From a virus (lineage: Duplodnaviria; Caudoviricetes): a stretch of 57,428 nt of DNA. The stretch is from IMG/VR virus record IMGVR_UViG_3300046786_000092, positions 1 to 57,428 of that record; one strand, written 5' to 3'. This document shows, piece after piece, positions 8,626 to 17,890 of the stretch (the stretch's first letter is position 1; the number at the start of each line of letters is the position of its first letter). Made by a program: the position numbers and the translations under genes. The notes under the pieces were generated by a model. That model had not been told where the DNA came from. It saw nothing but the letters and a program-made list of their open reading frames with translations, and ran no database searches.

Positions 8626-9745
8626 TATGAATAGACTCTTCGCTGATGGAGGTATTAATCAGCAAGGTGGCACTGTAGATCCAGTGAGTGGTAATGAAGT
8701 TCCACCGGGTGCTATGCAGAAAGAAGTTAGAGATGATATCCCTGCTCAATTGAGTGAGGGTGAGTTTGTTATTCCTGCAGATGTGGTTAGATATATTGGT
8801 CTTGAAAGATTGATGAAGCTTCGTGATGAAGCTAAAGCAGGTCTTGCTCGTATGAATGAGATTGGTCAGATGGGCAATGCTGATCAAGTAAAAAATCCAG
8901 AAGCTTTACATGGTGATGAGTTTGGGCAAGAGATTGATGACATCATGGCTGAGGTGGACAGTGAAGGTGGTGATAAGCACTTTGCTGCTGGTGGTTTTGC
9001 TGCTCCTAATACTGACTATTTAGCTAAGTACAACATTCCTAAAACATCTATTACTAATCCAGCTTTAGATGTTAGAGCTTACAAGAATGCTGAAGGTAGA
9101 GTGATGTATATCACCTTCTTCAACGATAAACCATCCATTCAAATTCCTGCTGGTTATGAGTTTGCTGGTACAGCTAATGAATTCTTAGCGGAAGTTAAAA
9201 AGACAGCGGATGCTAAAAAAGATACTACTGTTACAGCAACAGAAACAATAGATGGTGGGGGACCCGGAGGAGATTCTGGAACTACATCTGGTGGTGCTGA
9301 TGTAGGAACTAGTACAGGTATTAGCGGAACTTCTATTGGTAACTCTGCTATTGGTGTTGCTATTGGAACCATTGCTAATGCTATTGATAGCATTACTAAT
9401 TCCATTACGGACACAGTCGCAGCTCCTGTAGCTGTTACGGATGCTGTTGCTTCTACTGTATCTAACAATAATTCTAATGACTCTAATGATTCTGATGGAA
9501 TTGGAGCAACTCAGGGATCTGGTAATAATGGTGGTGATGAAGGTGCTGGAGAAGATAGCACAGGAACTGTTGGAGCACCAAGTGATTCTTCCGCTTCTGC
9601 TACCTCTGCTGATGGTGCTTCTAGTGGCGATAGTAGCAGTGGCGATGGTGGAGACGGTGGTAGTTTAGCCAAAGGTGGTTTAGTTACTAGTCGCTTGAAA
9701 ACTACAACACTTGCTCAAAAAAGAGGCATTGCTTCTAAGAAATAA
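8612..9745 (+). CDS. Head-module protein with DDIPAQLSEGEFV domain and three AxGG motifs (candidate maturation factor)
   Basis: Between portal and scaffold; conserved-looking N-domain, low-complexity G/S/D C-half. Confidence 0.6.
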   Translation: MLNNDMNRLFADGGINQQGGTVDPVSGNEVPPGAMQKEVRDDIPAQLSEGEFVIPADVVRYIGLERLMKLRDEAKAGLARMNEIGQMGNADQVKNPEALHGDEFGQEIDDIMAEVDSEGGDKHFAAGGFAAPNTDYLAKYNIPKTSITNPALDVRAYKNAEGRVMYITFFNDKPSIQIPAGYEFAGTANEFLAEVKKTADAKKDTTVTATETIDGGGPGGDSGTTSGGADVGTSTGISGTSIGNSAIGVAIGTIANAIDSITNSITDTVAAPVAVTDAVASTVSNNNSNDSNDSDGIGATQGSGNNGGDEGAGEDSTGTVGAPSDSSASATSADGASSGDSSSGDGGDGGSLAKGGLVTSRLKTTTLAQKRGIASKK

Positions 9746-9756
9746 TACTATATAAT
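9729..9756 (+). promoter_or_regulatory. sigma70-like promoter for scaffold gene
   Basis: TTGCTT, 16-nt spacer, TATAAT. Confidence 0.55.
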
Positions 9757-9760
9757 TAGC

Positions 9761-9854
9761 ATACTCAAGCCAGAGGTGGGCTGGTGAGTATCAACAATTT
9801 CCCACCATCATTGGCTACCTATCTCCCTGTATTGACAGCTACAGTTAGCCCCAA
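9761..9854 (+). promoter_or_regulatory. Structured 5' leader of scaffold gene
   Basis: ATACTCA/TGAGTAT and CCAG/CTGG hairpin; loop GGTGGG complementary to CCCACC; second hairpin TTGG..CTA..CTGTA/TACAG..TAG..CCAA. Confidence 0.55.
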
Positions 9855-9869
9855 CTTAAAAGGTATGTT

Positions 9870-10736
9870 ATGACAACAGAAGTAGTGCTTGATCAAAAGC
9901 AAGAAGTAAAAGCGTTTTCGCCTTTCGGTAAACGAAACTCTACTGAGGAGCGTATTAAGGAAGACGAAGAAGAACTGAAGAGGCTCCAAGAGGAAAACAA
10001 TCCCTCTGAAGAAGGCAACTCAGACTCTGGTGCAGAACCAGAGAGTGCAGAAGAGAAGAGTTTTAAGAAGCGTTATGGCGATCTTCGTAGACATTCTCAA
10101 CAGCAACAAACGCAACTGCAAAGTCAGATTGATGCATTGAAAGCTCAACTGGAGCAGTCTACTACTAAACAAATTAAGTTTCCTAAAACTGAGGCAGAAC
10201 TTAATGAATGGGCAGCACAGTATCCTGATGTTGCTAAGATTGTTGAAACCATTGCCATGAAGAAGGCAAAGGAACAGGCTAAGGAAATTGAAGACCGTTT
10301 CCGTCAGCTTGATGAAAGAGAACAACAAACTGCTAAGGAAAGAGCAGAGACTGAGTTAATGCGTTTGCATCCAGACTTTGGTTCTATCCGTGATGATGAT
10401 GCATTCCATGACTGGGTTGAAGAACAACCTAAGTGGGTGCAACAAGCGTTGTATGAAAACGACACTGATGCTAAGGCAGCAGCTCGTGCTATTGATTTAT
10501 ACAAAGCTGACAAAGGTATTAAGACTAAGAAAGAATCTAGTTCTAAGGATGCAGCACAGAGCGTAGGCACTAGAGGTGCTCGTTCTACACCCGCTTCTGA
10601 AGATACAAATGGTACTTTCTATGAGTCTCAAGTTAGTAAGATGAGTACTCATGAGTATGAAGCTAACCAAGAAGCTATTTCAAAAGCTATCAAATCTGGT
10701 AAGTTTGTATACGATTTGAGTGGTAGTGCTCGATAA
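9870..10736 (+). CDS. Capsid scaffolding protein
   Basis: Acidic coiled-coil protein with KKRYGDLRR and LHPDF motifs, upstream of capsid gene. Confidence 0.8.
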   Translation: MTTEVVLDQKQEVKAFSPFGKRNSTEERIKEDEEELKRLQEENNPSEEGNSDSGAEPESAEEKSFKKRYGDLRRHSQQQQTQLQSQIDALKAQLEQSTTKQIKFPKTEAELNEWAAQYPDVAKIVETIAMKKAKEQAKEIEDRFRQLDEREQQTAKERAETELMRLHPDFGSIRDDDAFHDWVEEQPKWVQQALYENDTDAKAAARAIDLYKADKGIKTKKESSSKDAAQSVGTRGARSTPASEDTNGTFYESQVSKMSTHEYEANQEAISKAIKSGKFVYDLSGSAR

Positions 10737-10739
10737 GTA

Positions 10740-10767
10740 TTGACAAAAGTTATATTGCTGATATAAC
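10740..10767 (+). promoter_or_regulatory. sigma70-like promoter
   Basis: TTGACA, 16-nt spacer, TG-n-TATAAC. Confidence 0.6.
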
Positions 10768-10845
10768 TTTAATAGAGCGAAAAGGGTAGCTCCCCTGACT
10801 GTGCTAACTCACAGCCTAGCTCTTTATATCTAGTTAGGGATTGTT

Positions 10846-11355
10846 ATGGAAGAAGTAAAGACTTGCCGTGCCTGTGGAATATCTAAACCATATTCTGATT
10901 TTTACAATAAAAGAAACGATTGTAAAAAGTGTGCAATAGATAGGTCAGCTAGAAATAGTATTTCTTATGTTCCTTTACATGAAAGAGATATTATTTCTAG
11001 GTTCAAGAATCTTTGTACTAAAGCAAAGAAAAGAACAAAAGATTTTTCTATCATGAGTTCAGATTTATCTGATTTATGGGAGAAACAAAATGGTCGATGT
11101 GCTTATACTAAATTGCCGCTGCTTGCAACAGCCAACCAATTTAATACAGTAAGTCTCGACAGAGTAGATAGCAGTAAAGGGTATGTTGTTGGTAACATTC
11201 AACTTGTCTGTACAGCTATCAATAAGATGAAACAAGAGTACACTGAAGAGATGTTTCTTTTGTTTTGTCTGCTAGTAACGCAAAACAGTAAACTGTCAGA
11301 ATCACCTGAAAGTTTGTTAGCCCGTTATGTTCCACTAGGCATAGTGAACAAGTAA
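10846..11355 (+). CDS. HNH/His-Me finger homing-type endonuclease
   Basis: N-terminal CxxC..CxxC; GRCAYT...SLDRVDSSKGYVVGNIQLVC..INKMK. Confidence 0.8.
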   Translation: MEEVKTCRACGISKPYSDFYNKRNDCKKCAIDRSARNSISYVPLHERDIISRFKNLCTKAKKRTKDFSIMSSDLSDLWEKQNGRCAYTKLPLLATANQFNTVSLDRVDSSKGYVVGNIQLVCTAINKMKQEYTEEMFLLFCLLVTQNSKLSESPESLLARYVPLGIVNK

Positions 11356-11433
11356 TGTACCTAACAAAGTCAGCCTCTGTAGTAATGTTGAGCGTATTTA
11401 ATTATATGCCTAACACATATCTAGGAGGATATT
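11297..11433 (+). promoter_or_regulatory. Structured 5' leader of major capsid gene
   Basis: Nested helices CAGA/TCTG, CTGA/TCAG, TTTGTTAG/CTAACAAA, CGTTA/TAATG, CACTA-GGCA-TAGTG; ATATC/GATAT hairpin around SD AGGAG. Confidence 0.6.
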
Positions 11434-11436
11434 AAA

Positions 11437-12507
11437 ATGGCCTTTCCAAAAGCTGTAGGTTATGGGAACCTACCTAATGGTAACTTCTCCCCAGTAATCT
11501 ATTCCAAGCAAGTACAACTTGCATTCCGTAAATCGTCTACCGTTGAAGCCATTACTAACAATGACTACTTCGGTGAAATCGCCAACATGGGCGACTCTGT
11601 CAAGATCATCAAAGAGCCAGAAGTTTCTGTTCAGAACTATGCTCGTGGTACACAAATCACAGCACAAGACCTGAATGACGAAGACTTCACACTGGTTGTT
11701 GATCAGGCTAACTACTATGCATTCAAGATTGATGACATCGAAGCTGCTCACTCACATGTGAACTTCATGCAGATGGCTTCTGATCGTGCTGCTTATCGTT
11801 TGCGTGATCAGTATGACCAAGATGTCTTGGGTTACTTGGCTGGCTATCAACAGTCTGCTAAGCACACTTCTCCTGACACTGCTCGTACAACTGCCTCTGG
11901 TACTAAAGCTGTAACTACAGCAGGTGCTGATGAGTTGTTGTCAACAATGAAGCTGAAGAAAGGTGACTTCGGTAACATCACTACAGGTTCTGCTGGTGAT
12001 CACTCCATCCCCTTGGCTCCTCGTTTGCCCGGTGCTACTGCTGCTCCAACAGCAACTGCTACACCTTTGCAAGTGATTGCTCGTATGGGTCGTTTGTTGG
12101 ATCAACAGTTTGTTGACACCAATGGTCGTTGGTTGGTCGTTGACCCCATCTTTATCGAACTGTTGAAAGACGAAGATTCTCGTTTGTTCAACAACCTGTT
12201 CGGTGGTTCTGGCTTGCAGAACGGTTTGGTGGTAGATAACTTGCACGGCTTCCGTGTGTTTGTTTCTAACAACTTGCCTAAGATCGGTACTGGTGCTGGT
12301 ACTTCTGGTACTGCTAACCAAAACAGCAACTTCGGTGTTATTGTAGCTGGTCATGACTCTGCTGTGGCAACTGCCCAACAGATCACCAAGACTGAAACCT
12401 ACCGTGATCCTGACAGCTTCGCTGACATCGTGCGTGGTATGCACCTCTATGGTCGCAAGATTTTGCGTCCTGAGGCACTTGTCACTGCTAAATACAACGC
12501 TGCTTAA
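11437..12507 (+). CDS. Major capsid protein
   Basis: 356 aa, NFSPVIYSK, DYFGEI..GDSVKI and RDPDSFADIVRGMHLYGRK motifs; strong SD; biased codons. Confidence 0.92.
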   Translation: MAFPKAVGYGNLPNGNFSPVIYSKQVQLAFRKSSTVEAITNNDYFGEIANMGDSVKIIKEPEVSVQNYARGTQITAQDLNDEDFTLVVDQANYYAFKIDDIEAAHSHVNFMQMASDRAAYRLRDQYDQDVLGYLAGYQQSAKHTSPDTARTTASGTKAVTTAGADELLSTMKLKKGDFGNITTGSAGDHSIPLAPRLPGATAAPTATATPLQVIARMGRLLDQQFVDTNGRWLVVDPIFIELLKDEDSRLFNNLFGGSGLQNGLVVDNLHGFRVFVSNNLPKIGTGAGTSGTANQNSNFGVIVAGHDSAVATAQQITKTETYRDPDSFADIVRGMHLYGRKILRPEALVTAKYNAA

Positions 12508-12519
12508 GGAGAAATTTAA

Positions 12520-13014
12520 ATGGCAACTATTACTACTCTCTCTAACGCTGTAAGCGCAGGTACACACCCTAGCCGTGGTATCCGTGCTATGCCTTATGTT
12601 GTAGAAAACACAATCAACTTCGCTACCGCCACCACTGCTAAAGGTTCTGCCTTGGCTTTGAATGATGTTATCGAAGCTCTCCAGATTCCCGCACAATCTA
12701 TTGTGTTGGCTGCTGGCTTTGAGGTGATTTCTGCTATCACTGGCGATGTGACAATGAGCTTGGGCGTAACTGGTGTTACTGCTGCTGCTTATGTTTCAGC
12801 ACAAGCATTGACTGGCTCTACTGCTGTGGGTACTTATGGTACTCCTGCAACTGCTGGTTATCCAATCGTATCTCAGTCTGCTGATACATTGGACTTGTTG
12901 ATTGCTGCTTCAACTACAGCAATCTCTGCTGGTTCAGTGCGTGTCTTTGCTGTCATCGTTGACGCAACAGATCGTATTGGCCCTGCCAGTGTGAAGCGTG
13001 ATACTCTGTCTTAA
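12520..13014 (+). CDS. Putative capsid decoration/minor capsid protein
   Basis: 164 aa Ala/Thr-rich, directly after MCP and before a terminator. Confidence 0.65.
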   Translation: MATITTLSNAVSAGTHPSRGIRAMPYVVENTINFATATTAKGSALALNDVIEALQIPAQSIVLAAGFEVISAITGDVTMSLGVTGVTAAAYVSAQALTGSTAVGTYGTPATAGYPIVSQSADTLDLLIAASTTAISAGSVRVFAVIVDATDRIGPASVKRDTLS

Positions 13015-13027
13015 TTGATGGGTGTAT

Positions 13028-13062
13028 GGGGAAGCCTCCAAAAGGGGCTTCTCCTTTTATTT
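13028..13062 (+). terminator. Rho-independent terminator
   Basis: GGGGAAGCCTC-CAAAA-GGGGCTTCTCC followed by TTTTATTT. Confidence 0.85.
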
Positions 13063-13072
13063 ACTTATTGTT

Positions 13073-13786
13073 ATGGCGACATACCTTTCTTTAACGAATG
13101 AATTGCTACGCAGACTTAATGAAGTCCAGATGGACTCCACTGAGTTTGACACTGCACGAAATGTACAGAGTCTTGCTAAAGATGCTGTCAATTCATCTAT
13201 TAGAGAATTGATGCACTCGGTCCAAGAATGGCCTTTTGTTTCTGCTACTAAGACACAGACATTAACTGCTGGTACAGGCACATATGCTTTCCCTGTTAAT
13301 ATGTCTAGTATTGACTGGGACAGTTTTTATCTGCAGCAACTTCCTGCTCAGAACAATGTTCCTAAGAAGATTCCTTACATCACTTATACGGCTTACATTG
13401 AAACTCAAAAGCCTAAGGAAGATCAGACTGGTACAAGTGGTCAGGCTGCTCCTCTTTTCGTTTACGATACTCCCAACAATCTTTCATTTGGTGTGACTCC
13501 ACTACCTAATGATGCATATAAAATTGACTATAACTACTGGTACTTTCCAGATGATTTGATTAATGCTACAGATGTGTGTGTAGTTCCTGATCGTTTTAGA
13601 AATGTTTTGATTGATGGTGCAATGATGTACATGATGATCTTTAGATCTAATGAACAAAGTGCTTCTATCCATAAGACCAATTTTGAAATGGGAATTAAAG
13701 TGATGCGTAGACTTTTGATTGGTGAGACTAATCTCATGAGATCTACTGCCATCACACAGACAGTAGCAACTGCCAGAGTGTTCTAA
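13073..13786 (+). CDS. Head-tail adaptor / tail tubular protein A-like
   Basis: Start moved to MATYLSLTNELLRRLNEV; WPF and P.P...Y motifs; position after head genes. Confidence 0.75.
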   Translation: MATYLSLTNELLRRLNEVQMDSTEFDTARNVQSLAKDAVNSSIRELMHSVQEWPFVSATKTQTLTAGTGTYAFPVNMSSIDWDSFYLQQLPAQNNVPKKIPYITYTAYIETQKPKEDQTGTSGQAAPLFVYDTPNNLSFGVTPLPNDAYKIDYNYWYFPDDLINATDVCVVPDRFRNVLIDGAMMYMMIFRSNEQSASIHKTNFEMGIKVMRRLLIGETNLMRSTAITQTVATARVF

Positions 13787-15345
13787 TGGCAGATAAGATT
13801 AATGGGTTTAAGGTTTCCTGTATTGGTGGCTTGAACACCAATGGAGATGTACTATCTCAGGGAGAACTTACACCCGGATCTGCTGTACAACTTGTGAACT
13901 ATGAGCCATCTATTACTGGTGGTTATAGACGCATCAGCGGATATACGAATACATATGGCACTGTGACAGGAACAGGATCTGTTCTTGGTGTTATGGTGGC
14001 AGAAGGTTTGAATGATGGTATCTTTTCTTGTCGCAAACCATCAGCAGGAACCAACTATTTTTACAAGTGGGTGAATAGCACATCCTCTTGGACAGCGGTT
14101 ACAACCCCCGGCACAATCACTATGACTGGGGTTAAGAAGGTTAGGTTTTCCAAGTATAACTGGAGCACCACCAAGATAGCTTTGACTGATGGTATTAATC
14201 CAGCAGCTATTTATGATGGTACAACTTATACACAGATTACGCATGCAAATGCACCTAACAGTCCTAAGTATTCTGCACCGTTTAAGAATCATTTGTTCTT
14301 AGCTGGTGATCCAACAGATCCTTATAACTTGTACTTCTCTTCACCGTTGTCAGAGACTGACTTCAATCCTGCTAACGGTGCTGGTGTTATCAATGTAGGA
14401 TTTGACATTGTTCAGATCAAACAGTTTCGTGACACGCTGTATATCTTTGGTAAGAGTGCAATTAAGAGTTTGACTGGAACTAACACGGCTGACTTTGTGG
14501 TGGCTGAGGTTACAACCAACTTGGGTTGTTTAGTTCCTGACAGTGTTGTTGAATTTAGCGGTAACTTGTTGTTCTTAGGACCAGATGGATTTAGACCTAT
14601 CTCCGGTACTAACAAGATTGGTGATGTGGAAATTGAAACAGTTTCCAGACAAATTCAATTTACTGTTAGTGCTTTGCTGAATGACATTGTTGCTGAGTCT
14701 ATTGATCCTGAAACTCTTAGTTCAGTGATTATTAGAAAGAAGTCACAGTTTAGATTGATGTCTCCTGTTGAGGGAACCACCGGTATCTTGGGTGGTTTGA
14801 GACAGGGTGACAATGGTGGGTTGGGTTTTGAGTTTAGTTCTTTGTTTAGCTTCTTTGTTACCTGTGCAGCCAGCGGCTACATTGGTGTTGATGAAGTAGT
14901 TATTCATGGTGACTCTTCTGGTAAGGTACATAAGCAAGAATCTGGAACATCCTTTAATGGAGCAGAGATCTTAAGTATTTATCAGACACCGTTCTATTAC
15001 TTTCAAGATCCATCTATTAGAAAGAACTTTTATAACATCAGTACTTTCTTGAAGAGTGAAGGTGCTTCCTCTATCATCTTAGGCATCTCTTATGACTTTG
15101 AAGATAGCGTAGGAGTATTCAATCCTAAGAATAGTTTGATTAGTACAGCGGCTGCTGCTGCTTATTACAATGTTTCGTTGTATGACTCAGCAGCTATTTA
15201 TGATGGTAATCCATCACCAGTGGCGAAGACAAATATTGAAGGCTCAGGCTTTTCAATCTCGTTTAGATATGTGACTAATGATATCAATGCTAGTCATACA
15301 ATTCAAGGATTGGTCTTGAATTATTCGATGAATGACAGGCGATAA
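13786..15345 (+). CDS. Tail nozzle / stabilisation protein (tubular B-like)
   Basis: GGLN start, beta-propeller-like repeats, 519 aa, follows adaptor. Confidence 0.75.
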   Translation: MADKINGFKVSCIGGLNTNGDVLSQGELTPGSAVQLVNYEPSITGGYRRISGYTNTYGTVTGTGSVLGVMVAEGLNDGIFSCRKPSAGTNYFYKWVNSTSSWTAVTTPGTITMTGVKKVRFSKYNWSTTKIALTDGINPAAIYDGTTYTQITHANAPNSPKYSAPFKNHLFLAGDPTDPYNLYFSSPLSETDFNPANGAGVINVGFDIVQIKQFRDTLYIFGKSAIKSLTGTNTADFVVAEVTTNLGCLVPDSVVEFSGNLLFLGPDGFRPISGTNKIGDVEIETVSRQIQFTVSALLNDIVAESIDPETLSSVIIRKKSQFRLMSPVEGTTGILGGLRQGDNGGLGFEFSSLFSFFVTCAASGYIGVDEVVIHGDSSGKVHKQESGTSFNGAEILSIYQTPFYYFQDPSIRKNFYNISTFLKSEGASSIILGISYDFEDSVGVFNPKNSLISTAAAAAYYNVSLYDSAAIYDGNPSPVAKTNIEGSGFSISFRYVTNDINASHTIQGLVLNYSMNDRR

Positions 15346-15357
15346 GGAGAATACACC

Positions 15358-17556
15358 TTGAGTGGATATGTAAGACAATCAGCAGCGGATATTTTGCCAA
15401 CGGCAGTTATCCGTGCGACACCTGTTAACAATGAGTTCAATGCTCTTCGTGACGCTTTCAGCACCAGCACAGGTCACAGACACGATGGCACTACTGCTGA
15501 GGGACATCTTGTTCCTCTGATCGCAGATGACAACGGCTATAACAAAGTTGTCACAGACGCTACTAACAATAGAATTAGTGTATTTGTAAATGTATCTAGT
15601 GCTGCTGTTGAGCAGCTTAGAGTACAGAATGGATCATTGACAGCAGCGTTAACTAACACTGTTGATCTAGGCACTACAGCAATTAAGTTCAAAGACTTGA
15701 ACATTGCTGGTACTGCTAACATTCCTGTAGCTAACATCACCACATCTGCCACCATTGCATCTGCTGTGGTTTCTGGTGGTACTATCAATGGTACTGTGGT
15801 TGGTAACACTACACCACAAGCAATCACTGGTACAACAATTACAGCCAACACTGGTTTTGTTGGTGGTCTTACTGGTGCTGTCACTGGTAATACAACAGGT
15901 ACACATACTGGTCCAGTGGTTGGTGCAGTTACTGGTGATGTCACTGGTAACATCACTGCATCCACAGGAACATCAACATTTAATGATGTTGTTATCAATG
16001 GTGGATTGAACATGAATGCTGGCACTGCTGCCACCATTACCAATCTTACCAGCCCCACCAATACTAACGATGCAGCCACTAAAGGCTATGTTGATACAGC
16101 AGCAGCACTGAAACTTAACCTCACTGGTGGCACAATGTCTGGTGCTATCGCTATGGGTACAAACAAGATTACAGGTCTTGGTACTCCTACGCTTAGCACT
16201 GATGCTGCTACTAAAACTTATGTTGATACATCTATCAGCAACCTAGTAGCTTCTGCTCCTGCTGCTCTAGACACATTGAATGAACTGGCAGCAGCCTTAG
16301 GCAACGATGCTAGTTTCTCAACCACAGTAACAAACTCTATTGCTGCTAAACTCCCACTTGCTGGTGGCACTATGACTGGTGCTATTGCAATGGGAACCAA
16401 TAAGATTACTGGTGTAGGTAATCCAACTCTTGCTCAAGACGCAGCTACAAAAACTTATGTTGATACGGCTGATGCTCTTAAGCTTAATCTCTCTGGTGGT
16501 ACATTGTCAGGTGCTCTGGCAATGGGAACTAATAAGATTACTGGATTGGGTACACCAACAGTAAATACTGATGCAGCTACAAAAGGTTATGTAGACACTC
16601 AAGATGCATTGAAACTGTCTTTGACAGGCGGCACAATGAGTGGTGCTATTGCAATGGGTACTAGCAAGATCACTGGAATGGGTGATCCTACTAGTGCTCA
16701 AGATGCTGCCACTAAGAACTACATTGATACATTGTTTGGCAGCACAGCCACTGCTGCTGCCTCTGCTGCAGCCGCTGCTGTTTCTGCTGCTAATGCAGCA
16801 ACCAGCGAAGGTAATGCAGCTTCTAGTGCTAGTGCTGCTTCTAGTAGTGCTAGTGCTGCCTCAGGCAGTGCTGCTGCAGCCGCTGCTAGTTATGACAGTT
16901 TTGATGATCGTTACCTTGGTCCTAAATCAAGTGTTCCTTCATTAGACAATGATGGGAATGCTCTTCTCACTGGTGCTCTGTACTTTGATACATCAGCTAA
17001 TGAGATGCGTGTGTACACAGGTTCTGTGTGGAAGGCCACAGGCTCAGCAGTCAATGGTACTTCACAGCGTTCTACTTATACAGCCACTTCAGGTCAGACA
17101 ACATTCTCTGCTGTTTACGATGTAGGTTTTGTTGATGTATACTTAAACGGATCAAAGCTTCAAAACACTGTAGACTTTACAGCCACTAGCGGTACTAACA
17201 TTGTGTTATCCGTTGGAGCTACAGTAGGGGATGTGGTAGACATTGTTGCCTACGGTGCTTTTGTTATTGCTAACACATATACACAAGCACAGGCTGATGC
17301 TAAGTTTGCACAAGTAGCAAACAACTTGTCTGACTTGTCTAGTGTTTCTGCAGCTAGAACTAATTTGGGATTGGCTACTGTAGCAGCAACTGGTGCTTAT
17401 GCTGACTTGTCAGGTAAGCCTTCAGCTAGTTCTTTCTTGCCTACACAGACAGGTAATAATGGTAAGTATTTAACTACGGATGGTTCTGCTTCTTCATGGG
17501 CAGATATCCCTCCTAGTTTTTCAAATGGCAAAGCAATGTTCTTTGCAAGTTTCTAA
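15358..17556 (+). CDS. Tail fibre protein
   Basis: TTG start after AGGAGA; repeated DAATKxYVD shaft units, Ala-rich coil, YLNGSKL..DFTATSG module. Confidence 0.85.
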   Translation: MSGYVRQSAADILPTAVIRATPVNNEFNALRDAFSTSTGHRHDGTTAEGHLVPLIADDNGYNKVVTDATNNRISVFVNVSSAAVEQLRVQNGSLTAALTNTVDLGTTAIKFKDLNIAGTANIPVANITTSATIASAVVSGGTINGTVVGNTTPQAITGTTITANTGFVGGLTGAVTGNTTGTHTGPVVGAVTGDVTGNITASTGTSTFNDVVINGGLNMNAGTAATITNLTSPTNTNDAATKGYVDTAAALKLNLTGGTMSGAIAMGTNKITGLGTPTLSTDAATKTYVDTSISNLVASAPAALDTLNELAAALGNDASFSTTVTNSIAAKLPLAGGTMTGAIAMGTNKITGVGNPTLAQDAATKTYVDTADALKLNLSGGTLSGALAMGTNKITGLGTPTVNTDAATKGYVDTQDALKLSLTGGTMSGAIAMGTSKITGMGDPTSAQDAATKNYIDTLFGSTATAAASAAAAAVSAANAATSEGNAASSASAASSSASAASGSAAAAAASYDSFDDRYLGPKSSVPSLDNDGNALLTGALYFDTSANEMRVYTGSVWKATGSAVNGTSQRSTYTATSGQTTFSAVYDVGFVDVYLNGSKLQNTVDFTATSGTNIVLSVGATVGDVVDIVAYGAFVIANTYTQAQADAKFAQVANNLSDLSSVSAARTNLGLATVAATGAYADLSGKPSASSFLPTQTGNNGKYLTTDGSASSWADIPPSFSNGKAMFFASF
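16035..16730 (+). repeat. Tandem fibre shaft repeats (~43 aa units)
   Basis: About five copies of KLxLxGGTMxGAIAMGTNKITGxGxPTxxxDAATKxY[VI]D (first copy partial). Confidence 0.85.
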
Positions 17557-17571
17557 TAGAGGAATATAACA

Positions 17572-17886
17572 ATGGCTTCAGGAATCTTAGGACAGTCTGC
17601 ACCTAGTGCGGCTACAAACACCACAGTGTATACAGTACCTACTGCGAAGACTGCTACATTCAGTATTAATATTGTTAATCGTGGCAGTACAGTGGCAACA
17701 GTGCGTATTGGTATCAGTGCTACAGGTACACCCGGAACTACTGAATGGATTGAGTATGGTGCTCAGCTTCTGGCTAATGGTGGTGTACTTGAGCGTACAG
17801 GTTTGGTGGCACAGGCTGCTAAGAATGTTGTTGTTTATTCGGATGTAGCTAGTACATCTGTAACAGTTTATGGATACGAGGAGTAA
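17572..17886 (+). CDS. Small fibre-associated protein (cassette copy 1)
   Basis: 104 aa; paralog of 20019..20324. Confidence 0.8.
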   Translation: MASGILGQSAPSAATNTTVYTVPTAKTATFSINIVNRGSTVATVRIGISATGTPGTTEWIEYGAQLLANGGVLERTGLVAQAAKNVVVYSDVASTSVTVYGYEE

Positions 17887-17890
17887 TTAA

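Noticed and set aside
12490-12530. Programmed frameshift or read-through from MCP into the next gene
   Set aside because: Clean TAA, separate AGGAG SD and no slippery heptamer
11941-12696. Long antisense ORFs (251 aa here; also 1923..2537, 15537..16079, 50062..50679 and others)
   Set aside because: Shadows of codon-biased genes on the opposite strand, with no RBS or motifs
16035-16730. Repeats in the fibre gene considered as CRISPR or DGR template
   Set aside because: In-frame degenerate protein repeats; no spacers, cas genes, reverse transcriptase or adenine-specific variation seen
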